Assembly (NCBI GenBank): GCA_009103225.1
Contig: RHPI01000773.1
Span: 1 to 64,000, forward strand
Length of the DNA: 64,000 nt
Origin: Chlorokybus atmophyticus
Taxonomy: Eukaryota; Plantae; Mesostigma and Chlorokybus algae
Reading direction: 5' to 3'
A program made the position numbers and the translations under genes. Shown here piece by piece: positions 50,258 through 64,000 of this stretch. Positions within the stretch are counted from its first letter, which is position 1. Each line of letters opens with the position of its first letter. The notes below the pieces were generated by a model. It did no database searches, was not told the DNA's origin, and was given only the letters and a program-made list of their open reading frames with translations.

Positions 50258-51982
50258 CACACCAATTGACGTCAAAGGACCATAAATGGTCCGTACCCTC
50301 GAACCGGGATTTTCCCCTGCTAAGTGAATTCCGTGGACCATGTCTGGTCCGGCCAGCGGACCATTGACCGCAATATTTATTTATAAGCATAATATGTAAT
50401 GCAAATGACGGAAAAGTGCTCTATCTTGAGCCGACAGTACTGGCCACGCCCGACCTGCGCAGCAGCAGGCTGCAGCACGAGGCCGCGGCGGCTTAGAAAT
50501 GATTAGTGAGGAGCGCATACATCCACCGAGAGTCGAACCCAAGACCTTTGGAATACAAACACGACACCCTAACCACTAAGCTACATGTGCACGTGCCGGT
50601 AGAAATGATGCAGTACTTGCATAATAGACTGTACCGACGGCCGCTCGGCGACTGTCGGCGGCGGAAATTGCACAGGAAGTCGGCGTTGTGAATTAACAGG
50701 CCCATAGGCAGTGCATGCGCTATCAATGTGCATAGGCTGTACCAGTGTTAATCAACGGTATGTTATTTTAGGTCATTATTGATGACACAGACAGCCGCAA
50801 CTCGGCGGCTGCCAAGATTTGTAAACTACAATGCTTTGTTGGGGGCTGTCCATGAGTATGTAACCTTGTTAGGGGTTGTCAACATCCTGCTTGCGTGCGC
50901 ATACACACACCTACATGTGTATATATGTAAGCATTTGTGTATTAAGTATTTATATCATGTATACTTATATACATACGTTTACATGATATAAATATTAAAA
51001 CCGCATTGCGGCACCAACGTAGGTATTTATTGGTTGGTTGGACACAATGCTTGGTCGGGGCTGTCAACCATTCTGCGGTCTCATAAGAGGCTATTATAAT
51101 AAGTAACGTCATTTATGTATACTTCTTGTACGTATTTTTATATGAGACATACCTTGTATATGGCTCAACCTAAATACTATTGATATAATCATTTAAACCT
51201 GCGTATTTATGCATATACGATTTGATTCATTTGTGCACACGCTAACATTTATATACAGGTATATTTTATGATATATATAATAATGCATTGACGTATGCAC
51301 ATGTATAATGTTCATATATACGTAGATACTTAGATAAACGCATAGAACATGTCAATGGTGCATGTCCACAAATTTTTGCAAATACACGTACGGTACTATG
51401 AAGTATGTTGATTGCATAGACAGCCCGTTACAGCTTGATTGACAGCCGGCCGGCTGTCAATCAGCCGCCGACCATTTGCGGCTATGCACTTGCGGCTGTC
51501 CACGGGTGTATAGCCGACAGTCGGTGCGGCTTGTCAATCAACACGTTAAGTGCACTTGTGCAATCAGGCAGTTAGGCAATCTATTGTACCTTACATAGGT
51601 TGCTACCTACTCATGATACATGATACATAGCGGCAGGGCCGCGGTCACTGGTCCGTGCCAGAACGTACATGTTGCGGCGCGGACAGTGCGGTATTATGTA
51701 CGGTGCGTGCTAGTAGGGCCACAGGACTGCGGGACCGCACCTGGTCCGCGTTCAAGGGCCAGCGTACGTTACTGGTCCGTGCCGCACCATGGATGGTGCG
51801 GCACGGACCATGCGTGGTGCGCGACGCCGCACCAGCCATTCACGGGCCGCGGGGCCCGGAATGGACCAGGAACGGTCCGTCCCCCGCGGACCAAGCAGTC
51901 CTGGCCCGTGGAGTACGGATCATGCATGGTCCGCGGGGTCCGTGAAAGGACCATGCATGGTCCTTCAACGTCAAGCCGTGTG
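50258..51982. mobile_element. Non-autonomous CACTA/EnSpm-like DNA transposon inserted in the Gypsy integrase
   Basis: 35-bp TIRs starting CACAC (28/35 match), 3-bp TSD TAG, many subterminal GGACCA/TGGTCC motifs. Removal restores the integrase frame (CRTDIG-FRDLAMLF). Confidence 0.8.
50518..50590 (-). pseudogene. tRNA-derived sequence (SINE head or tRNA pseudogene)
   Basis: A-box-like TAGCTTAGTGG and B-box GGTTCGACTC at tRNA spacing; the anticodon stem pairs poorly. Confidence 0.5.
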
Positions 51983-54170
51983 TAGGCTTCCGTGATCTAG
52001 CGATGCTTTTTATCGCGTCAGTGCTTAAGTTGCATGGCTTGCCTCGCAACATTGTCTCTGACCGTATTCCGAGGTTTGTAGCTTAGTTTTAAAAGTCGCT
52101 ATGCAACTTCTTAAAGATACAGCAGCACATGAGTACCGCTTGTCATCCGCAGATTAATAGTCAGACTGAACGCGCCAATCAAGTAATTGAGGAAACCATC
52201 CGGCATTTTGTGAGTCCGAATCAGTCTGATTGGGATATATATCCTCCAATGGCTAAGTTCGCGGTTAACAATGCATGGCATGAGAGTGTGCAGGAAACTC
52301 TGTTTTTCTTGAATTGAAAAAGCAAAGTGCATCCACAAAGTCCTGCAGTATCAAATTGCCGGCTAACGACTTGACTCGCGTGCCTGCAGCGCGTGAGATG
52401 GCTGCGGCCATGCAAGACAGGTTAGCGTTGGCATAGAACTGTCTGCGCGCAGCGCAAGACAGACAGAAAGCTCAAGCTGATAAGCATCATAGGCAGGCCG
52501 ACTATGATGTGGGCAATCCGGTGCTTTTAAGCACCGAAAACATATCCATCAAGGGAGTGGGTAGCCAAAAGTTCTTCCCTCACTGAATAGGCCCCTTCAA
52601 AGTGGTTGATCGGGTCGGCACTCATGCATGTCGTTTGGAGTTATCACAATCCATACGTATACATGACGTGTTTCATGTGAGTGTACTGAAACCGTACCGT
52701 TCAGACGGTCGGGTTCAACCTCCTCCACCCCCTGTTGCAGTGGATGGCGATGATACTTTCGAGTACGAGGTGGAAGCAATCCTTAGTCACCGTAAGCCCC
52801 GACGCGGATGCGCGCCAACTTACTTGGTGAAATGAAAAGGGTATGGTGTTGAACACAACACGTGGGAACCCGAAAGGAATCTTACCAAGTGCCAGGGGAT
52901 TCTTTGGGCGTACTGGAATGATGTTTCCACACGCAGACGGTAAAAGGGTGCTGGCAGACATCTTTACCGCTTCGGCCCTGGTTCTTTTCTCACTGAGGTT
53001 TTCAGTGCTCACGGTGGGTCCTTGCTAACCCTTCAATAAGGACATTGAAACCTAAGTGGGGGGCAATGTAACGGAGTGCTACCGCTATGCGGTTCTCCGC
53101 CCTTATTTGAATGAGAAATAAGGGTTCCAACGGGATAAACACAGCCATTAGAGTCGTATGAGGGCCTTTATAGGCCCTAATAAGGTGTTATGTTATGTAA
53201 CACCGATATCGACTTGAGACTCATATCTCAAGTCGATATCGGCCGCATGGCGGCGCTGCTAACGCAGCGACCGCCATAGTCAGGGGATCTTTCGAGCGGC
53301 GGCGGCGACGGCGACGTTGCTGTGGTGGTGGTGTTTAGGTAGGGGATCAAAGGGGGCGGTAGCACCGCCCCTTCTTACAGTATATCTACTTCAACACGCT
53401 TGTACTTACCTCATATGGAGTATAGCATTGAGGTAAACAAGGCAAGAAGCAGCAATTGCTTTGCAAAGAAACATTGTAAAAATCCCCTGGAATGGCTTAA
53501 GCAGCACCAATGAATAATAATAATGTGTATGCGACATCGTATAGTCCCTTGAAGTCCCTTGAAGCATCACATGAAGTGTATAAAAAAAGAAAAGCATTAT
53601 CGTGATGTTCAAGAGGATGTGTTCATTGCTTCTTTAATAAGGTGAATTCTGTCACCTTTGTCGATTGACCGCTATGTCATGTTTACCTTGTCGTGTTTTA
53701 GATTGCCTTTGCGACCTGACTCGGTAAACTTTGCAGGCATGCTCAAACTTGCACTTGTGCTTTGCATCCAGTGCAAATCTCATGGTTTTGTCCAGGCGGG
53801 CTCCCCCCCTCACTGGCAGCAGCACTTGTCGCCCGCCACGTGCTATTGGCGCCATTTCAGCATCCACCCGCGCACCAGACACCGCTTGCACCTTGACCGC
53901 CACGCGGCCGCTCTCACTGCTATACCAAGCCGGCTGCATTCCGCTCTATTCACATTGCTGTCCTGTTTTCACCGGCTCGCCGCTACTACGCATTCAAAAA
54001 CGACACACCACCACAGCCACAGCCAAAAAGTGCGACACAACTCACTCGCACATACCCACACGCAAACACGCGCGCGCGGGCATCTCTAGACCTGCCGCAT
54101 TGGCAGGGAAGGACAGGGAGGCGGAGGAGGAGTAGTAGGGGTAGGAGGTAAAGGAGGTGGGGGCGAGGGC

Positions 54171-57100
54171 CATGGGGTTTCTGCGGGCGTGCTTGCCGTG
54201 CGTGCCGGCGCGCAAGCAGCGCTACGGCGTGACGGATGGCGACAAGGAGAAGGCGGCGCCCGCTGCCGCCGCCGTCGCTAGCACCACTACCGTATTGGGC
54301 GCCGCTGCGGCCGCGCCGCTTGCTCCCGTGCAGAGCCCCTCTGCCGTCACTCCCTCCTCCCGCCATGACATCCCCCGCGAAGCATTATTCTCTCCTGGCC
54401 GCAGCAACCCAAAGACTGTATTGGGCCCTTTCCAGGTGCGAATTACACTCTCGTATGCACTGAGTATCACACGCATACACACATGCGCGTGCACTTTTGC
54501 ACGCACATGCACAAGCATACGCACATGTGCCCGCATACATGCACAAATGCTCACGCAATGGATTGGTACCGCTCTGGTGGAGTATTCATAATATATTCAC
54601 AAGTCTTTGCTGAACCTTTGTGTACGCAACTGATTGTGTGATTATCTACTTCCCAGTCCAAGAATGTGTTGGCCTCCCCTTACGCATACTACCCTTCCGA
54701 CCGTTTGATGAAACCCTCTCCCAAGGGCGACCGCAGCGGCGACGACGTGTTGCTGGTTGACAAGCACGAGCAGCAGCAGCAGCAGGCCCAAGTCAGTCCC
54801 GATGATGCAGTTGTGGTTGAGGAAGACGAGGCGGAGGAGGAGGAGGACAAGGAGGGAAAGCTGCATGAGGCATTGCTAAATCTGGCAGCAGCAGAAGTGC
54901 CCGCTTCAACACACACCACACACGCCACAACGGTAAGATTGTGCGCGCGCGTGACTACGTCTGTGGGTGTGCATGTGCATGTGTGTGTGCGTGTGCATAC
55001 GTGCACGTTTGCATGTGCGTGCATAAGAATGATGCCCATGCGCGTGCATGCGCATGTCCTTGCGTGCGTCAAGTTGCGCTGTGCATTCTCTCGCAACCGC
55101 AAACACCTTGTATAATAGGGGGTGTTTGCTGTTTACAATGCGTCTTTCCTGGGTTGTGCAGGTGGATGGTGAGGATGCCAACGGCGGTTGGGAGCAGCTT
55201 TCCAGGAGCAGCAGCGTGCAGCTCGACACGCTCAAGGGCGCCGCCGAGACCGCCATGCTGGACCTTGAAGACCGGCTCGCTCTCATCAGCAATGTTGATG
55301 ATCATCGTCATGAAGCAGTATCACCAGTAGTCGCGAGCTCCCCGAGCCGCCTGGTCGTTGCCGACAATGTCAACGAGCTTTCAACAAGCAATGACAACGA
55401 GCATGACAACCTGCTTCATGTTGGTCAGCACACGCCTGAAGTGGCGTCACAAGGTAGGCCATGTTCATGTGCGCGTGCAGTTTAGGTGCGAGTGCGAGTG
55501 ATTGTGTTTTCACATTCTTGTTGTCTTTGGCAGTGAATGCGTTGGCAGAGTCTGCATCGATGCTCGCTGGGCTTCGCGACAACCCGTTGTTTGCCGCAAC
55601 CGCGCTGGAAAAACAGCAACAACAATTGCAACAACAACAACTGCATTACCCACAACCTTCTGTCCCCGACTTCTATCCTGCTCGCAGCAGCTCGCCAGTA
55701 GCGATTGATCGTCATTTCCCCAACGCAAAGACGTACACTGTGAACTGGGACGCCGATGAAGAAGCGCCCTCAACCATAGTACAACTGCCAACCACCACAC
55801 CACTACCCGCAAGGTAGTGTGGACTTGGGTGTTGGTTATGTCGTTGGTCATGTCGTCCATGCATCAGATAACAGGAAGTTCGTTCCAGATTTTAACACCA
55901 TGCAGATACAGTGGTACATCAATCTGAATATATAGAATTGTGCGTGTGTGCACATACACACGCACATGTGCGGATACCTGCACAGGCGCGCGCACATGCA
56001 CACACACATGTACATGCTTAACCACCCAGTATGCACGCATGCATAACAGATGTAAAAGTGAATGAATTGCTGCTTTCAGAGTTGCCAATGGGAGACGGCC
56101 TGTTGTTGACGACACCCCTGCTTTCGGCGAGGTGGACTGCTCTCCCGTGCCCCCCGTTCGCCGTACGGTGTCGTTGATGGAGGAGGACCTCGCACGTCGA
56201 CGCGCCATACTCATGTTGGCCGACGCAACGTCCCCGCCGCCGGAGAAACCCACGGTGGACTCGTGGACCTACTTGGACCCCATGAATAGCGCAGACAAGG
56301 GTGCGCACACGATGATGACGAGTGTGGTGGCATCACCGGTTGTTGTCGAGTGGAGACTAGCGGATGAGATTAGCAACGACGAGCCAACTTCATCGGAGAG
56401 ACATCATGTTAGACAACAGCATGATGCTGTTGAACAGTCTCCTGTATCGTTGGTTGGGAGTCACCATACGCCTGTTGTTGCTGGCGTGCACGCGCGCTTA
56501 GAAGGAGGAGCCAACAACGAGCCCTTCATGTCCCCAAGCGTTGATCCGTTGGACGCCTGCACGCCTTTTTTCCCCCCCCCCACGCGCAGCGAGTCCCCGG
56601 AGCTCACGCAGTCACGCCGAATGAGCGAGTACCCGACCATGATACCAACATTGAGTAAGAGCACCAGCAGCAGCAAAAGGACAGCGAACCAACGCAGGTC
56701 TCTCCCGGCGAGACTCAACTCCTCGGGCGCACCCAACACCAACACAAAGTACCGACCCGAGCAACCCGTGCCTTTTGACCCCGCGCCATTTGACCAGAAA
56801 GTGGAAGAGGCTCTCTCTCTCACCCGGGCCCGACTCAACAACAACAACAGCGGTGAGGGCATGAGGTTCAGGGAGACTCAGTCCAGGTTGGAGCGCATAG
56901 AGCGCGCGAGGCAAAGGCGTGAACAGGCGGCGATAAATAGGAGCAAGTACGAGCAGGAGTTGAGAAGCAGCAGCAAAAAGAGGAAAGGAGGAGAAGGGAG
57001 TGGTAGTGGTGGTAATGCTGTGGATGGTAGTCAACCCAACGTCGCGGCGATGCTGCCCACGCACAATCAGAAGGTCCCGATGCCACACGCGCGCCGCGTC

Positions 57101-57178
57101 TCAGAGTCCAGAGCGATGCAGAAGGAGAGAAACAGCGCAGGCATGCAGAAGCAGTCTGCCACCACCGGCAAGAGGTGA
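54171..57178 (+). CDS. Hypothetical multi-exon low-complexity protein; 3-prime end uncertain
   Basis: Starts MGFLRACLPC; GT-AG-bounded open exons at ~54171-54435, 54657-54931, 55162-55452, 55533-55812 and 56080-57175. Confidence 0.6.
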
Positions 57179-57659
57179 GTGTGTGTGCGTGTGAGGTATG
57201 TTGTCTTTACACCCATGTTGGCTTGTTGCTCAGCTGTTCATTGTTGAACAACAGGTGGGAATTCTGATGTTCAAACAAGTGTCACACCTGACGGTTCACC
57301 AGCTCAAGCATATTGCTGTTTGTCCAGTAAATGCGGTGAGTCATTCTTTCACGCAAGTCATCCTCCTGTTGCTGCAAAGGATATATTTTGTGTTCATCTA
57401 TCTGCTTGACATACGTAGCCAAATCAGGCATGTGTGCAACGCAGGTGCCCTTAAGCATGTGCGCTGCGCCTCTTGTGGATACCGACTTTCTCTGTAGCTA
57501 TTGTCCAGTTAATGTGTACAGCATAGTTATCCTCTTCAACCCCAGTTGCACTCCATACACTGTGCCAGCTGTACATGCGCGCATGTGCGGCTGTGTAGCA
57601 CAGCTTGCTTAGCAATATGCATCACTACTTTCTATAGCACACAAGTGGTGGATCAGTTC

Positions 57660-60236
57660 AAAGATTGCGAACACCTGCATTGCAGCTGTATGCAAACTCT
57701 ACGCAATTTACAGTCAGAGGTTTGCACCGGTGCTGAAAGCTTCTGATGCAATACGCGTGCAGCCTAGCAGTTGCAATGCACAAATTTACCACCAGATCAT
57801 TTAATGGATGAAACTGGCAATATCTTGATGGTAATCGTCATCATCACCATCGACGTCATCGGCATTAGCGGCACCGCATAAGGTGTAAGTAGTATTAGCA
57901 CACGCCAAACACACCCCTGCATTGCATACACATATATATGTATATATCATACATACTGGAGCTACCATCACCCTTGTATAAAAACGGGCAACAGCCAGCC
58001 TTCCCTACACAATACGGTGTGCTGTGTACAAGACCAGCTGTTTTGCCCGCACCGCACCAACCGTGACATACGGTACAGCATGTTGTTTGCTGAGCAACTA
58101 CTTTCACCATCTTCACGCATGTTCAACACGACTAGGTGCGTGTATCAGCCATAATCGATCCCGGAATGGTGATGTATCCTGCCGTCTGTGCTCAGTCCAA
58201 TCGCAGAAACGGGCGAATGCGTGTCCAACGTGATCGATGCTACTTCACCGTGCGTTCCTGGCACGGGCGCGACGCGACAGCCTCCAGCCACGAATGCACC
58301 CTTTTAAGAAATGCATGAAGGACACAACATCACATTAAATTATGACAACTCAACCTGTATTGTTTCCAAGTGCAAAGCATGTACCCAACCACCAAGGGGG
58401 TTCCTACCTGCATCCATCCGTGGCGAAGGCGTTGGTACAGCTGCTGCACTGCGCGCTGTCGCGGCGGGTACACGCGTCGAGAAATGCGCTGCGATATTGA
58501 GATATACAAGCCAAGAGCAAGCCATTGATGTGGTGCGCTTTGGAAAGCATGCGTGGATTTGAGAGCGCGCGCAAGGTTCGTATGATGCATGCTTACGTGC
58601 AGCAGAGCCGTTAGTACGCGCAGCGATAGATACTCGTCACATTGCACTAAAGCCTGGATATCAACACGCGCGCTACCATCCTGCCGATGAGACGCGCATA
58701 TAATGAGTACACTGTGTAATGTGTGCCATGATCCGTGTTCAGAATCAGCTTCACTTGCATACCTGTTGCAGTTGCACTGCTTTTTGAAAAACAGCCTCTT
58801 CAAGTTCTTTGAACTGATGAGAAGCGTAGGAACAGAGCGCCTGGACTTGCAGTAACTCCTCTACCGGAAACCCTGACATAGATTGCAATCGGCTTCTATC
58901 TCCAGAAAAACTTGTGTATGCGACAACAAACCGGCATCGCCCATACCGGGTGTTTGCAACGCGGCCCGCACTCTGCTGCGGTAGAACGCCGTGTTTGCGT
59001 TGGTGGGGTCTTCAACCCACTCTTGATTTGCAATGCGACAAACCTGCGCACCACAACACAACAACATCAACAGCAACAGCACAACATCAAGCACAAGGAC
59101 AACCCACCCCAACCCTCACCTGCATCAGCTGCTGTTTGGTGAAGCCCAGCAGCGGCCGCACGAGGCGTACCCTCGGTGACAATGTTGCAACAGCAGGCAT
59201 GCCTGCAAGCCCATCAATGCCCGAAGCGCGCGCTAAGCGCATCAGCACCGTCTCTGCCTGAAAACACCAACACGTCTTACCACGTGTGCATGTGCGCGTC
59301 TGTGTGTGTGTGTTTGGTTGCATTACAAAGACTTGAGCTGCGATTGAGTACTTGGTCATCGGCGTGGTGCGCGGTTAGCAGCGTCGCGATCCCTTGCTGC
59401 CGGCACTCCTCTACTAGGAGGCGGTACCTACCACACAACATTCAATTGCCATGCAAGCGCCTCGCAGCAGATCCCATCACCAATTACTCGCCAGGCAGGC
59501 GCAATGCAAGTTTCACTCGCAAAACAAGCTCTCACTACGAATGCATGCAGTGTTTAAAAGTTGCCAACAAAAGACAGCACACGCGGAAGGCATGCCTTCA
59601 CACTGTTGCAACAGTGCAGAAGTCCAACATTCAAACGAGGAGCAAATGTCAAAAAGTGGGAAGGCATATTTTACCTTACCGCTGGTTCCTGGCATCCGCT
59701 TGCAGCCTGCTGCACCTGGGCTTGCCATCAGGCCACTCGCAGCGCAGCACTGAATGCGCCAGCCCTGACACACATGCGTAAATTAAGGTACACAAGCATA
59801 TGCACAAACGGTCTGCAGTCGCAAGCGAATGTGATTGCTTGCATGCCAGGTTAATTTACCCAAACTGTGAAGACCTAACCTTTCCTTTGCAGCCAGCCTG
59901 CCACAGTCGCCGCCTCCGCGGCGCTCTCCGGCCTGAGGGCGTGATCTACCACGCACGCCAGCAGCGGCGGGGAAGAGGGAGCTGTCGTCATGGACGACGC
60001 CAACAGCGCAAGGGCCATGCTGTCCGCGCCGCCCGACACCGCCAGCGCTGCGCAGGAGGACAACAACAAGAGGGAGGAGGAGAAGAGCGACACTGTCAGC
60101 CACAGGAAGCAGGAGGAGAATGAGAAAGGCAAGACGCACCCAGCGGGTCGGCGAGGCGGCGAACCCCCGCTGCGTCCAGCGCGCGGCGGAAGGCCACGGC
60201 AGCGGCGGCGAACACAGCGCCCACGCCGCCGCCCAT
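57660..60236 (-). CDS. tilS: tRNA(Ile)-lysidine synthase TilS/MesJ-like (organellar); 3-prime end approximate
   Basis: PP-loop LAVSGGADSMAL, VDHALRPESAAEA, LLTAHHADDQ|AETVLMRLARASGIDGLAGM, LVRPLL, WVEDPTN. Confidence 0.88.
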
Positions 60237-60699
60237 GTCGCCGCCATGCACAGCAATGCGGTGAATTTCCCCACCAATGATATCACTGCTTGCTCGGTAT
60301 CATTGTTGTCATCACAACTATCGACCTTCACCTGTTGATATCACACGGTGTGGTCACGTGACTTGCTGGGCAGGCGGTCCCAACTGGCACCTGATGACGT
60401 GGCGGCGGCGGCGGCGGCGGCCATGACGTGGTTGAAGGGGAGAAGAGGGAGACCCATGATGCAAGGGTGCACACGGACTGATTGCCCGCTGTTTAGTATT
60501 CAGCGTAGCGTTTGTTCTTCTTTGTTAAGGGTAGATGTTGGTGAGTGTGCTGGTTGTTAGGTTTGACATTAGCCCCCATTAGGGTTGAATGAGCACTGTG
60601 GCGCTGAAGAGTTTACTACAGTGTTGATTGGAGAGTGTGACACTGAGAGTTTCTGGATACTGGTGCCGAAGCAGTACAGAGTACAGCAGTCCATCCGCC

Positions 60700-63600
60700 A
60701 TGGAGCTCTCAGCAGACAAGTTCAAGCAGCGCGTGCTGGAGGCCAAAAAGACCGGCAGACTCAACCTCAGGTGTGAACGCGTGTTGCTGTAAGAGTCACA
60801 GCTTAAGTAAAACACACCAACAACAGATCTACATTGTCACAGTCAACTTCATCAAGGGCACAACCACACGCACACCCAGCCACACACGTACTTGTGCACA
60901 CATGCACGCGCACTCCCCTCTCCCCNNNNNNNNNNNNNNNNNNNNNNNNNNNNNNNNNNNNNNNNNNNNNNNNNNNNNNNNNNNNNNNNNNNNNNNNNNN
61001 NNNNNNNNNNNNNNNNNNNNNNNNNNNNNNNNNNNNNNNNNNNNNNNNNNNNNNNNNNNNNNNNNNNNNNNNNNNNNNNNNNNNNNNNNNNNNNNNNNNN
61101 NNNNNNNNNNNNNNNNNNNNNNNNNNNNNNNNNNNNNNNNNNNNNNNNNNNNNNNNNNNNNNNNNNNNNNNNNNNNNNNNNNNNNNNNNNNNNNNNNNNN
61201 NNNNNNNNNNNNNNNNNNNNNNNNNNNNNNNNNNNNNNNNNNNNNNNNNNNNNNNNNNNNNNNNNNNNNNNNNNNNNNNNNNNNNNNNNNNNNNNNNNNN
61301 NNNTTCCAAACCGTACACACTCACTCACCCCCTCCCTCCCAGTTACCTCGAGCTCGAGGAGCTCTCCCCTTCCCTGGTCTCCCGCATCCGCACCCTCCTC
61401 CCTTCCCTCTCCGAGCTCGACCTCCGCTCCAACGCTCTGGCCGAGTTGCCGGAGGAGCTCGCCGACCTCAAGACTCTCAGAGTGCTCAGACTGAATTACA
61501 ACAGACTGCAGAGGATGCCGGCGGGGGGGGTGCTGGCCGCACTGCCCAAACTGCAGGTGAGGGGTGTGTGTGTGTGATGTGTTTGGGTGATGCACTGTGG
61601 TATGGTATACTGGGGTGGACAGGACAGCGTGCTATACATGTTGCTGATGCAGTGTACGCGCGACAGCGATGCGCTAGATGGTGTTGGTTGGGGCGTGAGT
61701 GATGCACGTGGGTTGGTGCGGTGTAGTGCAATGTTGGTTGGGGGCGTGCCGGGGATGATGTGTCTTGACAAACATGATGGCGCAATATATATAGAGCATA
61801 AGCAATGACACTATCAATAAGCAATGACACTATCAAAACCACAGGTGCTGGAGCTGAGTGGGAATCATATAACGGAGTTGTCGGATGAGGTCGCGCTGCT
61901 CACGGGGCTGAGGGAACTGGACCTGTCGGGAAATAAGCTCACGCAGATGCCGGAAGCGATTACTGCGCTGGAGAACCTCACGTCGCTCAACTTGGGTAAG
62001 AGGACTGAATCGAGTGATTGTGCATGTGTACATGCATGTGCGTGTGTGCGCACCCTCGTTTGCGCGTGCGTGTGCGCGCTCGCGCTTGCGTGTTCATGTG
62101 CGTGTGTGTATACACGTGCCGATATATGCGCGGGCATGCGTGTGCGTGCGCGCTTGCGTGTGTATGGATGGATGAACGGTCACGAAGCTGTGTTGCAGAG
62201 AACAACCAGCTTCCGTATGCCTGACTGTGTGTACACAAACACTCGTGGACTTGCGCACACGTGCGTGTGTTCTGGCGTGTGTTGTTGACTTGATCACGCC
62301 TCTATCCCAGAGAACAACCAGCTCCTCTCCGTCCCCGAATCCCTCGGCTCCCTCTCTTCCCTCTCCCGTCTCGACGTCTCCACCAACCGTCTCACTTCCC
62401 TCCCTTCCTCCGTCGGCCGCCTCTCCTCCCTCACCCGCATCGACCTCTCCACCAACAACCTCGCCGACGTCCCTCCTTCCCTCGGCAACTGCCGCGGCCT
62501 GAGGGAACTGGACCTCAGGTACAATGCACTGAGGGAACCGTACAAGGCGAGGTACGAGGAGGGGCTGACCAAGTTCATGGAGTTTCTGAGATACGAGGAG
62601 GAGAGGCTGAGGCAGGAGGAGCTGGAGAGACTGAAACCAGTGGGGCATGAGCTGGGTAAGTGGGTGGGGGTGGGGGTGGGAGGCAGCGAAGTTCTGCATA
62701 GAACGTCTGTGTAGACTTGGAGGTCATTGTCGCCGCGGTTACATTGGACTGGGTTTGGCATGTTTCAGTTCTGGCGCTACGTTAATCATGTGTGTCAGGT
62801 TTCAACCAGTGTCGTTGTGTCAGCAATTTGGCATCGCTGTCACCATGCTTGCGCGCGGTGGTTTACCGACATTGGTACCACAGTGTACCAATGCTGCAGT
62901 TGTACCAGATCCGTTGAATGAATTGCCAGTGGTTGTGGTGTTCTATCGGTGTTGCACGACGCACGTGCATCCGCATCCGCATCTGTATCTGTACCAGCAG
63001 ATGCATCAGCGTCAGGGATGCTGTGACTATGAGTACGTCTTTGCATTTACATTCCATCTCACATCCCCGTTGCATGGCAGCTTACTTCACCGAGTTTTGG
63101 GTGGGCGAGGGGCGGGAGTGTCCTCCCGTGCGTACGGGCCACACTGTGACTCATGCCAACGAGACCACCTACTTCTTCGGTGGCTGCGTGGAGGGCGAGA
63201 TCGCTTCCGGCAACACCACCACCATATCTGCCACCACCGCTGCCACAACCACCACCACCACCACGAACACCAGCGCCACCGCCTCCAACAACAACAACAG
63301 CAGCGGCGTGAAGGTGAACGAGGTTGTCGCCATTGATATGGAGACGATGGAGTGGAAGCGGCTGCCGACCTCGGGTGCCATCCCACCCGCGCGTGATGGA
63401 CACGCTGCGGCTCATGATCCGGATACGAATAGACTATACGTGTTTGGGGGACGGTCGAATGAACGGAAACGATTGAATGATCTGCACTACCTAGACCTCA
63501 AGACGCGCATCTGGCACAAGGTGGGATGGAAACCATACCATCACTACTGTATAAACCAACATTGTCGCATCACTACATGATAGTCGTGCGCAGGTGTCTG

Positions 63601-64000
63601 CACGCGCGCGCCCACACAGGCGCGCACACACGCACGCACGCACGCACGCACGCACGCTCCATTGTTGTCGTGTGCATGCACACAACATCACAATTCCAAC
63701 TCACAGCAAAGCCGTGGTGTTGTGACGATTCATCCAATCTTGCGATCTGATCACCATAGCAACGTGTGACCTCTCTTTGCTTGCAGCCTGGTCTGGAGGG
63801 TTTGGGTCCGACGCCGCGCGAGGGCGTGAGCGCGGTGGTGGTGCGCAACACCCTCGTGCTGTTCGGTGGACACGGCAGTGGGCAGCGATACAACGAAGTG
63901 CACTTCCTGGACTTGAAGGCAAGCAGGCTCGCATGCATGTCTACTAACAACAAATGTGAAACATAGCAGTTGCAAGACAAACCACTGAGTCTGTTCATTC
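60700..64000 (+). CDS. LRR plus Kelch-repeat protein (runs off the window)
   Basis: ATG 60700; LRR exons (LSELDLRSNAL, LRELDLSGNKL, LTRIDLSTNNL); Kelch motifs RTGHT..YFFGG, RDGHAA..LYVFGG, LVLFGG. Confidence 0.85.
60926..61303. other. Assembly gap (N run)
   Basis: Visible Ns. Confidence 1.

Larger units (their letters stand above)
44437..53379 (+). mobile_element. Decayed chromoviral Ty3/Gypsy element
   Basis: Diverged LTRs 44437-44755 and 53067-53379, TSD GTATA, degenerate PBS TCGTATCGGAGC, PPT. Gag ~45660-47419 (CYVCHQPGHVAKNC), protease FLVDNGATHSF, RT YLDD, integrase and chromodomain (YEVEAILSH) with many stops. Confidence 0.93.

Noticed and set aside
53652-54089. ORFs upstream of the hypothetical gene
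   Set aside because: No recognisable motifs; likely UTR or promoter sequence.

Overview
Eukaryotic nuclear DNA, most likely from a green-lineage alga (inferred from spliceosomal introns, a plant-type PTS2 thiolase, a MEE18-like gene and a Chlamydomonas-like short PPase). The first 34 kb is a stack of mobile elements: a decayed DIRS-type tyrosine-recombinase retrotransposon containing a young 534-bp TRIM, decayed GIY-YIG and RING genes, a MITE, and an 18.9-kb Academ-like DNA transposon (15370-34261; 20-bp perfect TIRs, 4-bp TSD CTAT). That element encodes a spliced transposase-XPG nuclease-CXC gene and a cargo gene that I reconstruct as zinc finger-Tudor-phage-type C5 DNA methyltransferase, later split by an intact chromoviral Ty3/Gypsy element. 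The rest holds host genes (soluble PPase, CofD/YvcK-like, peroxisomal thiolase, an unknown protein, TilS, LRR-Kelch) and a second, decayed Gypsy with a Dam-like domain and a nested CACTA-like element. The methyltransferase-carrying Academ-like transposon is the most novel system. All calls come from manual reading and translation; no searches were run.
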